Notes: a model not told the origin generated them from the sequence alone. DNA of 64,000 nucleotides from an uncultured Micavibrio sp. (GCA_964400125.1 CAYNSR010000004.1:99391-163390), one strand, 5' to 3'. Positions 9,248-19,454 are shown, counted from the stretch's first letter. Numbers and translations: made by a program.

Positions 9248-10105
9248 CTATGTGTAGTCGGGTTTGAACCGGTGGCAATATTGCGTTTCCAGCATGCGGG
9301 CATGATCTTCTGCCGCCTCGATATCATCGCGTGTGATTTTTGTATTGCCCTGATTTTTTTCTTCCTTGCGGTTTGCCACGCGCAGATAAGCCCGTCTCAA
9401 TTCGTCGGCGGGCAGCGGCAGGTCTCTTAATTCCGGTATTTTCAGGTTATCCCAGTAATGCAGTTCATGCATCGGCATATCGTGTAACAACAAATTGTCG
9501 TCGGTGATGGCGTCATGAATGCTGCTTTTGACGGTTTCGATGTTCCGGATCAGGTTGGCGCGCGCTGCGACGGCGACAGATGTATTCAGTATGATTGCGA
9601 ATACGGCCCTGTAATTCGGGCGGAAATAGTGTTCCGCGCGGCGCTGGCTGTTATGGCGCAGGGTGCCCAGGACGATCTCGCGGGCAACAGCAGGGACGGG
9701 GCTGAACAGGGCGTGGTCTGCCGGTAAAAGGCCGCAGCGGTCGCGCAGGTTCAAAATCGCGCCGCGATGGATCAGCAGGCGGGCGACATCGGCAAGGCCT
9801 GTCGCTTCTTCGGGGTTTTTGGGTATGGTGCGGGCGATGGAGACCAGTGGCGGACGGCCTTCATCGTCCAGCGGCGTGTCGGGCGTGAAATCGTCTTTCA
9901 GGGCGGCCTCCACCAGCATGGTCTGTCCGGTAAGAATACTGGCCCGCCAGACGGCCGTAAGAGCTTCAGTGTGCATAAAATTCTGCAGAAAATCGGCCCT
10001 GTCATTTTGAAATCCGGCCCATTCCCTTGCGCGCAGGCGTTTGAACTCCTCGCGATCTTCTTCGGGAATACCATCCGGAATGTCGTCGTCGTTTGCCGAG
10101 GGCAT
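9248..10105 (-). CDS. Hypothetical protein with ankyrin-repeat-like segment
   Basis: GRPPLVSIAR...VARLLIHRGAILNLRDRCGLLPADHAL resembles about 1.5 ANK repeats. AGGAGA SD before ATG 10105. Confidence 0.35.
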   Translation of the reverse strand: MPSANDDDIPDGIPEEDREEFKRLRAREWAGFQNDRADFLQNFMHTEALTAVWRASILTGQTMLVEAALKDDFTPDTPLDDEGRPPLVSIARTIPKNPEEATGLADVARLLIHRGAILNLRDRCGLLPADHALFSPVPAVAREIVLGTLRHNSQRRAEHYFRPNYRAVFAIILNTSVAVAARANLIRNIETVKSSIHDAITDDNLLLHDMPMHELHYWDNLKIPELRDLPLPADELRRAYLRVANRKEEKNQGNTKITRDDIEAAEDHARMLETQYCHRFKPDYT

Positions 10106-10282
10106 AGGTTTTCTCCTGCGCATTTTCTCCAGTCTTAGCGGATCGGCGGAGGCGGCGCAATTATTAAAAATAACCGTATCATGTAAAAACCCGGTCTGTG
10201 TGGGGGCACAGACCGGGTTTGGGGGGCGCCTGCTCTTGGGGGTGTGGGGTCAGGGTCGGCAGGCGTATGGAAACCGTCAATT

Positions 10283-11119
10283 TCAGCTTTTTGGCGTTTT
10301 TCGCGGTTCCCCCTCAACTGGATTGGTTGTGTCGGTTTTTCTGGAGTGCTTGCAGGCATAAAGCATCCCGTCTGCATCGTGCAAAATGGTTCCGGCATTG
10401 TCTCCGGCACCGAAAGATCGCAAGCCGACACTGGCTTGTACCGGAATGACGTCGCCGTACCAGGCCATCGAAATATTGTTCAGTTTCCAGACGATGTTCT
10501 GGGCACGGAGAGCGGCTTCGGTCTTTGTTGTGTCGGTCAGGAGCAGGATAAATTCATCTCCGCCCAGCCGGACGGCGGCATCTGTTTTACGAATTTCGTT
10601 GGTCAGGGTTTTGGCCACGAGTTTGAGCGCGTTATCCCCTGCGGCGTGGCCGTGACGATCATTGATCGATTTGAAATTATCCATATCGATCATCACCAGT
10701 AACCCGCCCTTGCTGGTTTTACGGTTGCACCGTTCGATTTCTCGTTCAAAAATTTCAAGGAATCCTCTGCGGTTTTTGAGGCCGGTAAGGTCGTCCGTCG
10801 TGGCCATATCTTCGAGTGCGGCGATACGGCTTTGCTGGTGCGCAATCTGCCGTTCCGCCAGTTCGATCAGATGGCAGGCGTTTTTCAGATGTGCAAGTGT
10901 TGCGGACATCTTGCGGTTCCACCCGTCAAGCTCGCTGGCAATACTCCGCGCCGCATGGCGGCCATTTTGCGGGAGAGGCCGGGTTGCGTGAAAAGACGAC
11001 GGACGGGCCATACCCTGTCTGGCGGGAACCATCTGCGTCGCCAGCCGGGGGGATGCGGGGCTGGTCTGCGGGGGTATTGCGCCGTCCGTCATATGCGGGG
11101 TTTGGGGGTCGGAGGTCAT
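10283..11119 (-). CDS. Diguanylate cyclase (GGDEF domain) with coiled-coil N-terminus
   Basis: DMDNFKSINDRHGHAAGD and RLGGDEF active-site motifs. Confidence 0.85.
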   Translation of the reverse strand: MTSDPQTPHMTDGAIPPQTSPASPRLATQMVPARQGMARPSSFHATRPLPQNGRHAARSIASELDGWNRKMSATLAHLKNACHLIELAERQIAHQQSRIAALEDMATTDDLTGLKNRRGFLEIFEREIERCNRKTSKGGLLVMIDMDNFKSINDRHGHAAGDNALKLVAKTLTNEIRKTDAAVRLGGDEFILLLTDTTKTEAALRAQNIVWKLNNISMAWYGDVIPVQASVGLRSFGAGDNAGTILHDADGMLYACKHSRKTDTTNPVEGEPRKTPKS

Positions 11120-11366
11120 GTTTGTATCCGCAAGCTTTCGTTGTGAGCGATTGTGAGGTCGCCCTTCATTTATCCCGTTGCGAAATGCGTGCCAGCGGCC
11201 TATGTCCGGAAAATGGTGATATCCCGGACGGTTATTCCGGAACGGCGTTTTCGGGCGTCGCGTTTTGCCGGGGGATTTGCTGACCGGGCGGTTGATTTTG
11301 CCGGGTGCTTTTTACCGCGCTTCCTGTATGATTGGGACGATTCAAAACGCCACCGGATTTGCCGTA

Positions 11367-12308
11367 ATGAAAAAGATGTTAACCATCGGCTTTGGACTTG
11401 GGGCCCTGTTCGCGGGGTTGGGGGTGTATCTGGGGGCAAATCTGTGGGCGGATGCGGCGACGCCCGTGATACCGCGTGTTGAAAAGACCCGGAGTTTTGA
11501 AGATCCCAAAATTGCCCCGCACAAGGCCCTTTACAAGATCGAGATGGTTTCCAAGCGCAGTTCGGCGCAGGTGTTGAATATTTCGGGCGAGATGTATTTC
11601 GAATGGAAGCCCGGATGCGATGCCTGGACGACCGATCACCGTTTCAACCTGCTTTATGAATATGCGGATAGCCCGCCTATGCGGATCACCAGCGATTTCA
11701 CCACCTATGAGCGGTATAATGCCGAAAGTTTTGATTTCAATTCCCGCCGCCGCCGCGATGGTGATCTTTATGAAGAATTGCGGGGGCGGGCGACTCTGGC
11801 GCAGGGTGAAGGCGGGCGGGCCGTGTTTACGTTGCCCGAGGGGCTGACCTTCGATCTTTCCCCGGATGTGTTGTTCCCGATGGCGCATACGGTCAGCGTT
11901 CTCAAGGCGGCGCGGGACGGCAAAAAAATGTTTATCGCGACGATTTTCGACGGCAGCGATGAAGAAGGTCCGGCAGAAGTGACGGCTTTTATTGGAAAAC
12001 AGGTCAATGCGCTGGCCCGGATTTCGCCTGATCCGACGATCAATGCGGCGCTGGTCAACACGCCCGCATGGCGGGTCCGTCTTGCCTTCTTTCCGTTAAG
12101 CAGCACGGAAAGTGATTCAGATTACGAAATGGATGTCGTCTTGCATGATAACGGCGTCATCAGCGATATGGTCGTCGATTATAAAGATTTTTCTGTATCG
12201 CAAAAACTGGCCGGGCTGGAGGCTTTGCCTGCAATTGCCTGCGATCCCCGTCCTCCTCCTGCTGGTGAAAAGCACAAAAAGCCGGGTGAAGACCGGATAA
12301 AACCTTAA
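11367..12308 (+). CDS. eipB: DUF1849/EipB-like cell-envelope integrity protein
   Basis: Signal/TM segment MKKMLTIGFGLGALFAGLGVYLGA. Size and sequence character are consistent with DUF1849, and it sits upstream of divK-pleD. The call is from memory of the family. Confidence 0.5.
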   Translation: MKKMLTIGFGLGALFAGLGVYLGANLWADAATPVIPRVEKTRSFEDPKIAPHKALYKIEMVSKRSSAQVLNISGEMYFEWKPGCDAWTTDHRFNLLYEYADSPPMRITSDFTTYERYNAESFDFNSRRRRDGDLYEELRGRATLAQGEGGRAVFTLPEGLTFDLSPDVLFPMAHTVSVLKAARDGKKMFIATIFDGSDEEGPAEVTAFIGKQVNALARISPDPTINAALVNTPAWRVRLAFFPLSSTESDSDYEMDVVLHDNGVISDMVVDYKDFSVSQKLAGLEALPAIACDPRPPPAGEKHKKPGEDRIKP

Positions 12309-12440
12309 AAATCGGCGGAATGCCTTGTGTCTCTGTCGTTCACAGCGGCGGAGAAACGGGGTAGGCTTCCTTAACACTTTGGCAAGACTATCCCCGATAG
12401 AATGAAGTCGGGTTTACGCGTTAATCGGGATATCAACCAC

Positions 12441-12803
12441 ATGAGTAAAAAAGTCCTCGTTGTTGAAGACAACGAACTCAATATGAAGCTCTTTCATGAC
12501 CTGCTCGAGGCGCACGGCTACCTGATTGTGCAGACGAGAAACGGCAATGAGGTTCTCGATATTGCCCGTCGGGAAAATCCAGATCTGATTTTGATGGATA
12601 TCCAGTTGCCGGAAGTGTCCGGTCTCGATGTGACCCGCTGGCTGAAGGCCGACGAGGATCTGTGCAAAATCCCTGTCATCGCCGTCACGGCCTTTGCCAT
12701 GAAGGGTGATGAACAAAAGATCCGCGAAGGCGGGTGCGAAGATTACATTTCCAAACCCATATCCGTGACCGGGTTTATCGAAACCATTCAAAAATATCTA
12801 TAG
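12441..12803 (+). CDS. divK: Single-domain response regulator DivK
   Basis: Receiver-only protein ([21 protein letters not shown]) immediately upstream of pleD. Confidence 0.8.
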   Translation: MSKKVLVVEDNELNMKLFHDLLEAHGYLIVQTRNGNEVLDIARRENPDLILMDIQLPEVSGLDVTRWLKADEDLCKIPVIAVTAFAMKGDEQKIREGGCEDYISKPISVTGFIETIQKYL

Positions 12804-12818
12804 AGGGCATCCCCTTCC

Positions 12819-14246
12819 ATGTCTGCGCGTGTTCTTGTTGTTGACGATATTCTGCCGAATGTAAAATTGCTGGAGGCCAAGCTGTCCAGCGAATATTACG
12901 ATGTGCTGACGGCGACATCGGGGGAAGAGGCATTGGCAAAAATCGTCAGTGACAGCCCCGATATCGTTCTGCTGGATGTGATGATGCCCGGTATGGACGG
13001 ATTCGAGGTCTGCAAGCGGATCAAGGAAAATCCGGCGATTGCGCATATTCCTGTGGTGATGGTGACGGCCCTGACCGATGCGTCCGACAGGGTGCGGGGC
13101 TTGCAGGCGGGGGCCGACGATTTTCTGACCAAGCCTGTCAATGATACAGCGCTTATGGCGCGGGTGCGGTCGCTGGTGCGTCTGAAAATGACAATCGACG
13201 AATGGCGGGTGCGTGAAAATACCGCATCCCAGCTCGGCGTGACCGATGAACGCGCCAACGTTATGAACGAATCCTACGAAGCGGCCAAAATATTACTGGT
13301 GGAAGATCAGGATTTTGAAACCGACAAGATTGTCACCACATTCCGTCAGGACAATGACACGATACAGGCGGTGAAGTCCGGCATGGAAGCCATGAGCCTT
13401 TCTGCGGCGGAGGATTTCGATCTTATGATCGTCAGTTTGAATTTGCGGGCCGAAGACGGGTTGCGCCTGTGTTCGCATTTGCGCTCAAATGAACGCACAC
13501 GTTCCGTGCCGATCCTGATGCTGGCGACGGAGGAAGATATGGGGCGGATTGCCCATGGTCTGGAAATAGGCGCCCACGATTATATCTTGCGACCGATAGA
13601 CCGTAATGAAATTCTGGCCCGCGCCCGTTCACAGATCCGCCGCAAACGCTTTCAGGATCGTTTGCGCGCGAATTATGAGGTCAGCCTGTCCATGGCGCTG
13701 ACCGATTCTCTGACCGGTCTTTACAATCGCCGCTATATGGAGGTTCACCTGCAGAAATTGCTGCAAAAGAACGAACTCCAGAAGAAGCAGCTCTGCGTCT
13801 TGTTGCTTGATATCGATCACTTCAAGAATTTTAACGATACCTATGGCCATGCGGTCGGGGACGAGGTGCTTAAAACTTTTTCTTTTCGCCTGAAGGACAG
13901 TTTGCGGTCTTTCGATCTTGTCGCCCGCCTCGGCGGGGAGGAGTTCGTTGCCATTCTTCCGGATGTCACAGTCGAAATGGCGCATATTGTCGCTGAGCGT
14001 CTGCGCCGATCCATATCAGACAAGCCTTTTCATTGCGGTGTAAAGGAAGGGGTCCTGAGCGTGACGATGTCCGTCGGCGGCGCGATCATCGAGGCTGGTC
14101 AGCATACGGTGCAATCCGTCCTTGACCGGGCTGACAAGGAACTTTATGCCGCCAAGGCCAACGGGCGGAACTGCACGGTCTTTGAAGGTGTTGGCAAACT
14201 CGATCCCGACCAGTTCCAGCAGGAAATCCGTGCGATGATCGAATAG
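12819..14246 (+). CDS. pleD: Response regulator diguanylate cyclase PleD (REC-REC-GGDEF)
   Basis: Two receiver domains plus GGDEF, with an I-site RSFD and active site RLGGEEF. Confidence 0.85.
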   Translation: MSARVLVVDDILPNVKLLEAKLSSEYYDVLTATSGEEALAKIVSDSPDIVLLDVMMPGMDGFEVCKRIKENPAIAHIPVVMVTALTDASDRVRGLQAGADDFLTKPVNDTALMARVRSLVRLKMTIDEWRVRENTASQLGVTDERANVMNESYEAAKILLVEDQDFETDKIVTTFRQDNDTIQAVKSGMEAMSLSAAEDFDLMIVSLNLRAEDGLRLCSHLRSNERTRSVPILMLATEEDMGRIAHGLEIGAHDYILRPIDRNEILARARSQIRRKRFQDRLRANYEVSLSMALTDSLTGLYNRRYMEVHLQKLLQKNELQKKQLCVLLLDIDHFKNFNDTYGHAVGDEVLKTFSFRLKDSLRSFDLVARLGGEEFVAILPDVTVEMAHIVAERLRRSISDKPFHCGVKEGVLSVTMSVGGAIIEAGQHTVQSVLDRADKELYAAKANGRNCTVFEGVGKLDPDQFQQEIRAMIE

Positions 14247-14260
14247 GATCATTCCCCAGT

Positions 14261-14287
14261 AAAAAAGGCTCCCTGCGGAGCCTTTTT
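14261..14287. terminator. Bidirectional rho-independent terminator between convergent pleD and rpmG
   Basis: AAAAAAGGCTCC-CTGC-GGAGCCTTTTT, a perfect stem flanked by an A-run and a T-run. Confidence 0.65.
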
Positions 14288-14307
14288 GAATGTGTGCTAG
14301 AAAGAAA

Positions 14308-14514
14308 CTAGTTCTTTTTCGATGGCGGCATTTTCTTCTCTTCGAAAACAACATGAGCGCCCTTTTTACCGGTTTCCGGATGGACGGCCCACGGATCGAA
14401 CTTGCGTTGCTGCAGCTTGTCCTGTGCTTTCGGATTGCGACGGGTGTAGTATCGGAACCCCGTGCCTGCCGAGCTCTCCATACGGACTTTGAGGGAAACG
14501 CCTTTTTTAGCCAT
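14308..14514 (-). CDS. rpmG: 50S ribosomal protein L33 (Cys-less form, unusually long)
   Basis: MAKKGVSLKVRMESSAGTGFRYYTRRNP...RKFDP matches the L33 core. It is 68 aa, with an internal HPETGKKGAH insertion and a C-terminal tail. Confidence 0.8.
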   Translation of the reverse strand: MAKKGVSLKVRMESSAGTGFRYYTRRNPKAQDKLQQRKFDPWAVHPETGKKGAHVVFEEKKMPPSKKN

Positions 14515-14576
14515 AATTATCTCTCCATTGAATTCAGAAGCGGCAATTTATGGATTTCGGGAAGAAAGTCAAGAAA

Positions 14577-16847
14577 TTAACGTTTTCGCCCTTTTTTTCC
14601 CGGTTTTGGCCCCTGTTTCGGGTCTGATCTGCGGTTATTACTGCGGCGTTGATCCTGACGGTTCCGGCTACGCGGGGAGGCGATGGGGGGATTGAAGGTG
14701 ATGCCGGGCAGGTCTGCCCCTTGCCCGAGGACTTCAAAAATCATTCCACCAGTCAACGGGTTGGCTTCCATCAGGGCAATTTTTACACTGGCCCCGAGGC
14801 GGTAGACCAGATTATTGCGTTCCCCGACCAGCGCATGCTGGCGTTCGTCATGAATGTAATAATCCTGCGGCAGGGACCGGATCGGGACCAGCCCGTCGGC
14901 ACCGCTGTCATCCAGCCGCACGAACAGGCCGAAGCGGGTCACGCCGCTGATGCGTCCGGTGAACGTCTCGCCGATTTTTCCCGACAGGAAATTGGCGACA
15001 AACCGATCGACGGAGTTGCGTTCGGCTTCTGCGGAAATGCGCTCCGTCAGGGAGATATGTTCGGCGATTTCTTCCAGTGTCACTGATTCTTCTTCGCTCA
15101 GGCCGCCCGGCCCAAGGCCGCAGGACCGGACAAGAGAGCGATGCACGATCAGGTCGGCATAACGGCGGATAGGTGATGTAAAATGCGCGTAGCGTTGCAG
15201 CGCCAATCCGAAATGCCCGATATTTTCGGGATGATAATGTGCCTGCATCTGCGAGCGCAGCAGCATTTCATGGACCAGATGGCCGTATTCCATCTCCTGC
15301 GCCTTGCGCAGAAGATCGTTGATCTGGTCCGGGCGGGTCACTTGTCCTTTCGGTAGGGACAGGCCGAAACTTTCAATAAATTCCCGGACACTGTCGAGAC
15401 GCTCTATCGACGGACGGTCATGGACGCGGTAGACGCAAGGGGCCTGTTTTTGTTCCAGCGCCTGTGCGGCGGCGACATTCGCCAGAACCATGAATTCCTC
15501 GATCAGTTTATGGCTATCGAGGCGGGGGCGGGGCTTGACGCCGACCATTTCGCCTTTTTCATTGAGGATGATCTTGCGTTCCGGGATGTCCAGATCAAGC
15601 GCACCGCGCTTTTCCCGGGCGGTGAGCAGCACTTCATAGGCTTCGTAAAGCGGGACGATGATGGAATCGACCAGCGCCGAGGTCTTGTCATCGGGGGCGC
15701 CGTCGCGGGCTTCCTGTACCTGTTCATAGGTCAGGCGGGCGCGGGAACGCATCAGGCCGCGTACGAATTTATGCCGTGTCATCGATCCGGCCGGATCGAT
15801 CCACATATGCACGGCGAGGCAGGCGCGATCTTCGTCCGGGCGCAGGGAACACAGATCGTTTGATAGCGCTTCGGGGAGCATCGGTACGACGCGATCGGGG
15901 AAGTAGGTTGAATTTCCACGCCGATAAGCCTCATCGTCCAATGCCGTTCCTGGGCGGACATAAAACGATACATCTGCAATAGCGACGATCAGATGAAATC
16001 CGGATGCTGTTTTTTCTGCAAAGACAGCATCGTCGAAATCCCGCGCATCTGCACCGTCAATGGTGATGAGTGGAATTGTCCGCAAGTCTTCACGCCCATC
16101 GATTGCGGGGACGCGCATGTTTTCGGTTTCGCGCAGCACCTTGTCCGGAAAGGGAATGCGTAGTCCGGCTTCGTTCAGGGCAATCAGGCTGATGGTTTTC
16201 GGGTCTGATTGCGATCCGATAACATCGCGGATGCGCATCCTCTGCCGCACGGCCCCCCGCGCGGGCTGGATTTCGCCTACGGCCAGATCGCCGTCTTTCG
16301 CACCGTTCAGGTCGTTTTCGTTCAGATCGTATTCAATTTTTGATTTTTTATCGCTGGGGCGCAGGACATATCCCTTGCGTGTGCGCACAACCATTCCCAT
16401 GACTCTTCCGGCTTCGCCGCCGAGCTGGCGAATGATATCGGCACGATAGATATCGCTTTCAAGCCGTGTGAACCGAACCAGCGCCCGGTCCCCCGGACCC
16501 ATCGCGGCGTGACCCTTGCCTGCAGGTGCGATTTCGATGCGCGGCGGTGGCCCCTTCTTTTCGGGGTCCCAGTCGATCAGCGTTCCGAGAACATCGCCGT
16601 CCAGATCAATCTCGCTGACTTCGACAATGCCGATTTCCGGCAGGGCGTCGGGAATGGCGTAGGCCTGTCCCGGTTGCTTGACGATTTTCCCGTCTTTTTC
16701 CAGATCACGCAGATGGCGTTTGATAAGCTGGCGTGTTTCTTCGCCCTTGAGGCCCAGTGCCTGAATGATCTCGCGCTTTGTCAGCGGAGTGGGGCTGGAT
16801 TGCAGGAGATCGAGAATTTCGGCAGGTGAAATATTTCTTTGATGCAT
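14577..16847 (-). CDS. rnr: Ribonuclease R
   Basis: RNB domain (DGADARDFDDAV), a C-terminal S1 domain and a basic tail. Confidence 0.9.
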   Translation of the reverse strand: MHQRNISPAEILDLLQSSPTPLTKREIIQALGLKGEETRQLIKRHLRDLEKDGKIVKQPGQAYAIPDALPEIGIVEVSEIDLDGDVLGTLIDWDPEKKGPPPRIEIAPAGKGHAAMGPGDRALVRFTRLESDIYRADIIRQLGGEAGRVMGMVVRTRKGYVLRPSDKKSKIEYDLNENDLNGAKDGDLAVGEIQPARGAVRQRMRIRDVIGSQSDPKTISLIALNEAGLRIPFPDKVLRETENMRVPAIDGREDLRTIPLITIDGADARDFDDAVFAEKTASGFHLIVAIADVSFYVRPGTALDDEAYRRGNSTYFPDRVVPMLPEALSNDLCSLRPDEDRACLAVHMWIDPAGSMTRHKFVRGLMRSRARLTYEQVQEARDGAPDDKTSALVDSIIVPLYEAYEVLLTAREKRGALDLDIPERKIILNEKGEMVGVKPRPRLDSHKLIEEFMVLANVAAAQALEQKQAPCVYRVHDRPSIERLDSVREFIESFGLSLPKGQVTRPDQINDLLRKAQEMEYGHLVHEMLLRSQMQAHYHPENIGHFGLALQRYAHFTSPIRRYADLIVHRSLVRSCGLGPGGLSEEESVTLEEIAEHISLTERISAEAERNSVDRFVANFLSGKIGETFTGRISGVTRFGLFVRLDDSGADGLVPIRSLPQDYYIHDERQHALVGERNNLVYRLGASVKIALMEANPLTGGMIFEVLGQGADLPGITFNPPIASPRSRNRQDQRRSNNRRSDPKQGPKPGKKGRKR

Positions 16848-16889
16848 TGATTTTTGGCCTTGCAGGCAAGGGCCGTTCGCGGGCCGGAA

Positions 16890-19454
16890 CTATTCTGCGG
16901 CTTTCTTTTTACGGGTTGATGTCGTTTTTCCGCCTGCCGTTTTTGTCTTTGTCGCCGCTTTCTTGACTGTTTTTGACGCAGATTTTGCGGACTTCTTCGC
17001 CGGCGCTTTCTTTTTGGGGGCAGGCTTTTTCGCTGCCGTTTTTGCGGAGTCGTCTTCGGTTTTTTTCTTGCCCCATCGTCCGCGTCCGCCGCCCGCTGCC
17101 ATGCGTTCCGCCTTGGCCGCAATCAGATCGACCGCGCGGTTAATACCGATCGTCAGGACATCATCGCCTTTCGGGATCGATGTGTATACTTTCTGGTGCA
17201 ACAGGAATGGTCCGAAGCGACCGATCCCTGCCTTTATCATCTCCCCGGTTTGCGGGTGCAGACCGACATCGCGCGGCAATTCGAGCAGTTTCAGTGCTGA
17301 TTCCAGTGTAACCTCATCGAGTTTCACGCCCTTGGGTACACCCTGCCGGCGGGGTTTATCCTTCGATCCTTCTTCCTCGTCGATTTGCACATAGGGGCCG
17401 TAGGGGCCGCGCCGCATGGAAACGATTTTGCCGGATTTCGGGTCCGTACCAAGAATTTTCGGAGCATTGGCCAGCGCCGCCGCCGTGGCGTCTTCGCCGC
17501 CTTCGGCACTGTCGCCGTCTTCGGGGACCACCAGCGGTCGGGTATAGCGGCAATCCGGGTATTGTGAACATCCGACAAATGCGCCGAATTTTCCGAGTTT
17601 CAGGGACAGGCGGCCTTCGTTGCATGCCGGACAAATTCGCGGGTCTTTGCCTTTTTCCGTGACGGGGAAAAAGTGCGGCCCCAGTTCTGCGTCGAGATGG
17701 TCGATCACTTGCGTGATGGTCAGTTCCTTCGTATCGGCAACGGCCTTGGAAAAATCGCCCCAGAACAGGCGCAGGGCCTCTTTCCATTTGACATGGCCGC
17801 CGGCAATGGCATCGAGTTCTTCTTCAAGGTTGGCGGTGAAGTCGTAATCGACATAGCGGGTAAAGAATTTTTCAAGGAACGTCGTGACCAGCCTGCCGCG
17901 ATCTTCGGGGATGAAGCGTTTCTTGTCGATCTGGACGTATTTGCGGTCTTGCAGGACTTGAATGATCGAGGCGTAGGTGGACGGGCGGCCAATGCCGAGT
18001 TCTTCCAGCCGCTTGACCAAAGAGGCTTCGGAAAAACGCGGCGGCGGCTGGGTGAAATGCTGTTCCGGGACGACATCGAGGAGTTTTGTCGGGTCGCCTT
18101 CGTTCAGCGGCGGCAGACGGCGGTTTTCCTCGTCGGTTTCATCATCGTCGTGGCTTTCGGTGTAGAGAGTCAGAAAACCGTCGAAAGAAACCGTAGACCC
18201 GGTGGCGCGCAGGATCACATCATCCGTGCCGTCGGAAATGTCGGCTCCGACCTGATCCAGAACCGCGTTCTCCATCTGGCTGGCCATGGTACGTTTCCAG
18301 ATCAACTCGTAGAGCTTGCCCATCTGGTCATCAACCACGGCGCGCACATGTTCGGGGGTGCGGGCCAGATCGGTCGGGCGGATGGCCTCGTGAGCCTCCT
18401 GTGCGTTTTTGACTTTTGATTTATACAGGCGGGGCGTGTCGGGAAGATATTTGTCGCCGTAATTTTTCTGGATCAGTCCCCTTGCCTGTTCGATTGCGTC
18501 ATTGGACAGCGTTACACCGTCGGTACGCATATAGGTAATCAGGCCGACGGTCTCGCCGTCGATATCAATCCCTTCATACAGGCGTTGCGCCAGATGCATC
18601 GTGTGGGATGCGGCATAGCCGAGCTTGCGCGAGGCTTCCTGTTGCAGGGTGGATGTAATGAAAGGCGGTGCGGGGAAGCGGCGAAGCTGTTTCTTCTCGA
18701 CGCTTTGGATCACCAGAGCTTTGGTTTTGATCCGCTCCACGGCGCTTTTGGCTTCGGTTTCGGTGCTGATATCCAGCTTGCCCAGCTTGTTTCCTGCAAG
18801 CGTCGTCAGGCGGGCGGTAAACGGCGCGCCATCCTTGCTGTGCAGGCGGGCTTCGATGCTCCAGTATTCTTCGGCGCGGAATTTTTCAATTTCGGTTTCG
18901 CGTTCGCAGATCAGGCGCAGCGCCACGGACTGCACCCGTCCGGCGGAACGGGAGCCCGGCAGTTTTCGCCATAGGACCGGAGAAATATTGAAGCCGACCA
19001 GATAGTCCAGCGCCCGCCGCGCCATATAGGCGTCGATCAGGTGGGTATCCAGCGCGCGGGCATTCTGGAACGCGTCCTGCACGGCCTTTTTGGTGATTTC
19101 GTTGAAGGTGACGCGCTGTACGGTTTTACCTTCGAGCAAATGGTCGTTTTTCAGGATTTCATTGACATGCCAGGAAATAGCTTCCCCTTCGCGGTCAGGG
19201 TCGGTTGCGAGATAGACTGTCTTGGCCTTTTTCAGCGCCCGCTTGATTTCGTTGACCGGTTTGGCTGCCCGTTCGCCCAGTTCCCACAACATTGCAAACC
19301 CGTTTTCAGGATCGACAGAGCCGTCTTTGGGGGGCAGGTCGCGCACATGGCCATAGGAGGCCAGAACCTCGTATTCCGGTCCCAGATATTTGTTGATGGT
19401 CTTGGCCTTGGCCGGGGACTCAACGATAACGAGGTTTGACGCGCTCAACAGCAA
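16890..19454 (-). CDS. topA: DNA topoisomerase I
   Basis: Toprim LVIVESPAKAKTI, active-site GLITYMRTDG, zinc-ribbon CPACNEG...CSQYPDC and a Lys/Ala-rich C-terminal tail. Confidence 0.95.
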   Translation of the reverse strand: MLLSASNLVIVESPAKAKTINKYLGPEYEVLASYGHVRDLPPKDGSVDPENGFAMLWELGERAAKPVNEIKRALKKAKTVYLATDPDREGEAISWHVNEILKNDHLLEGKTVQRVTFNEITKKAVQDAFQNARALDTHLIDAYMARRALDYLVGFNISPVLWRKLPGSRSAGRVQSVALRLICERETEIEKFRAEEYWSIEARLHSKDGAPFTARLTTLAGNKLGKLDISTETEAKSAVERIKTKALVIQSVEKKQLRRFPAPPFITSTLQQEASRKLGYAASHTMHLAQRLYEGIDIDGETVGLITYMRTDGVTLSNDAIEQARGLIQKNYGDKYLPDTPRLYKSKVKNAQEAHEAIRPTDLARTPEHVRAVVDDQMGKLYELIWKRTMASQMENAVLDQVGADISDGTDDVILRATGSTVSFDGFLTLYTESHDDDETDEENRRLPPLNEGDPTKLLDVVPEQHFTQPPPRFSEASLVKRLEELGIGRPSTYASIIQVLQDRKYVQIDKKRFIPEDRGRLVTTFLEKFFTRYVDYDFTANLEEELDAIAGGHVKWKEALRLFWGDFSKAVADTKELTITQVIDHLDAELGPHFFPVTEKGKDPRICPACNEGRLSLKLGKFGAFVGCSQYPDCRYTRPLVVPEDGDSAEGGEDATAAALANAPKILGTDPKSGKIVSMRRGPYGPYVQIDEEEGSKDKPRRQGVPKGVKLDEVTLESALKLLELPRDVGLHPQTGEMIKAGIGRFGPFLLHQKVYTSIPKGDDVLTIGINRAVDLIAAKAERMAAGGGRGRWGKKKTEDDSAKTAAKKPAPKKKAPAKKSAKSASKTVKKAATKTKTAGGKTTSTRKKKAAE

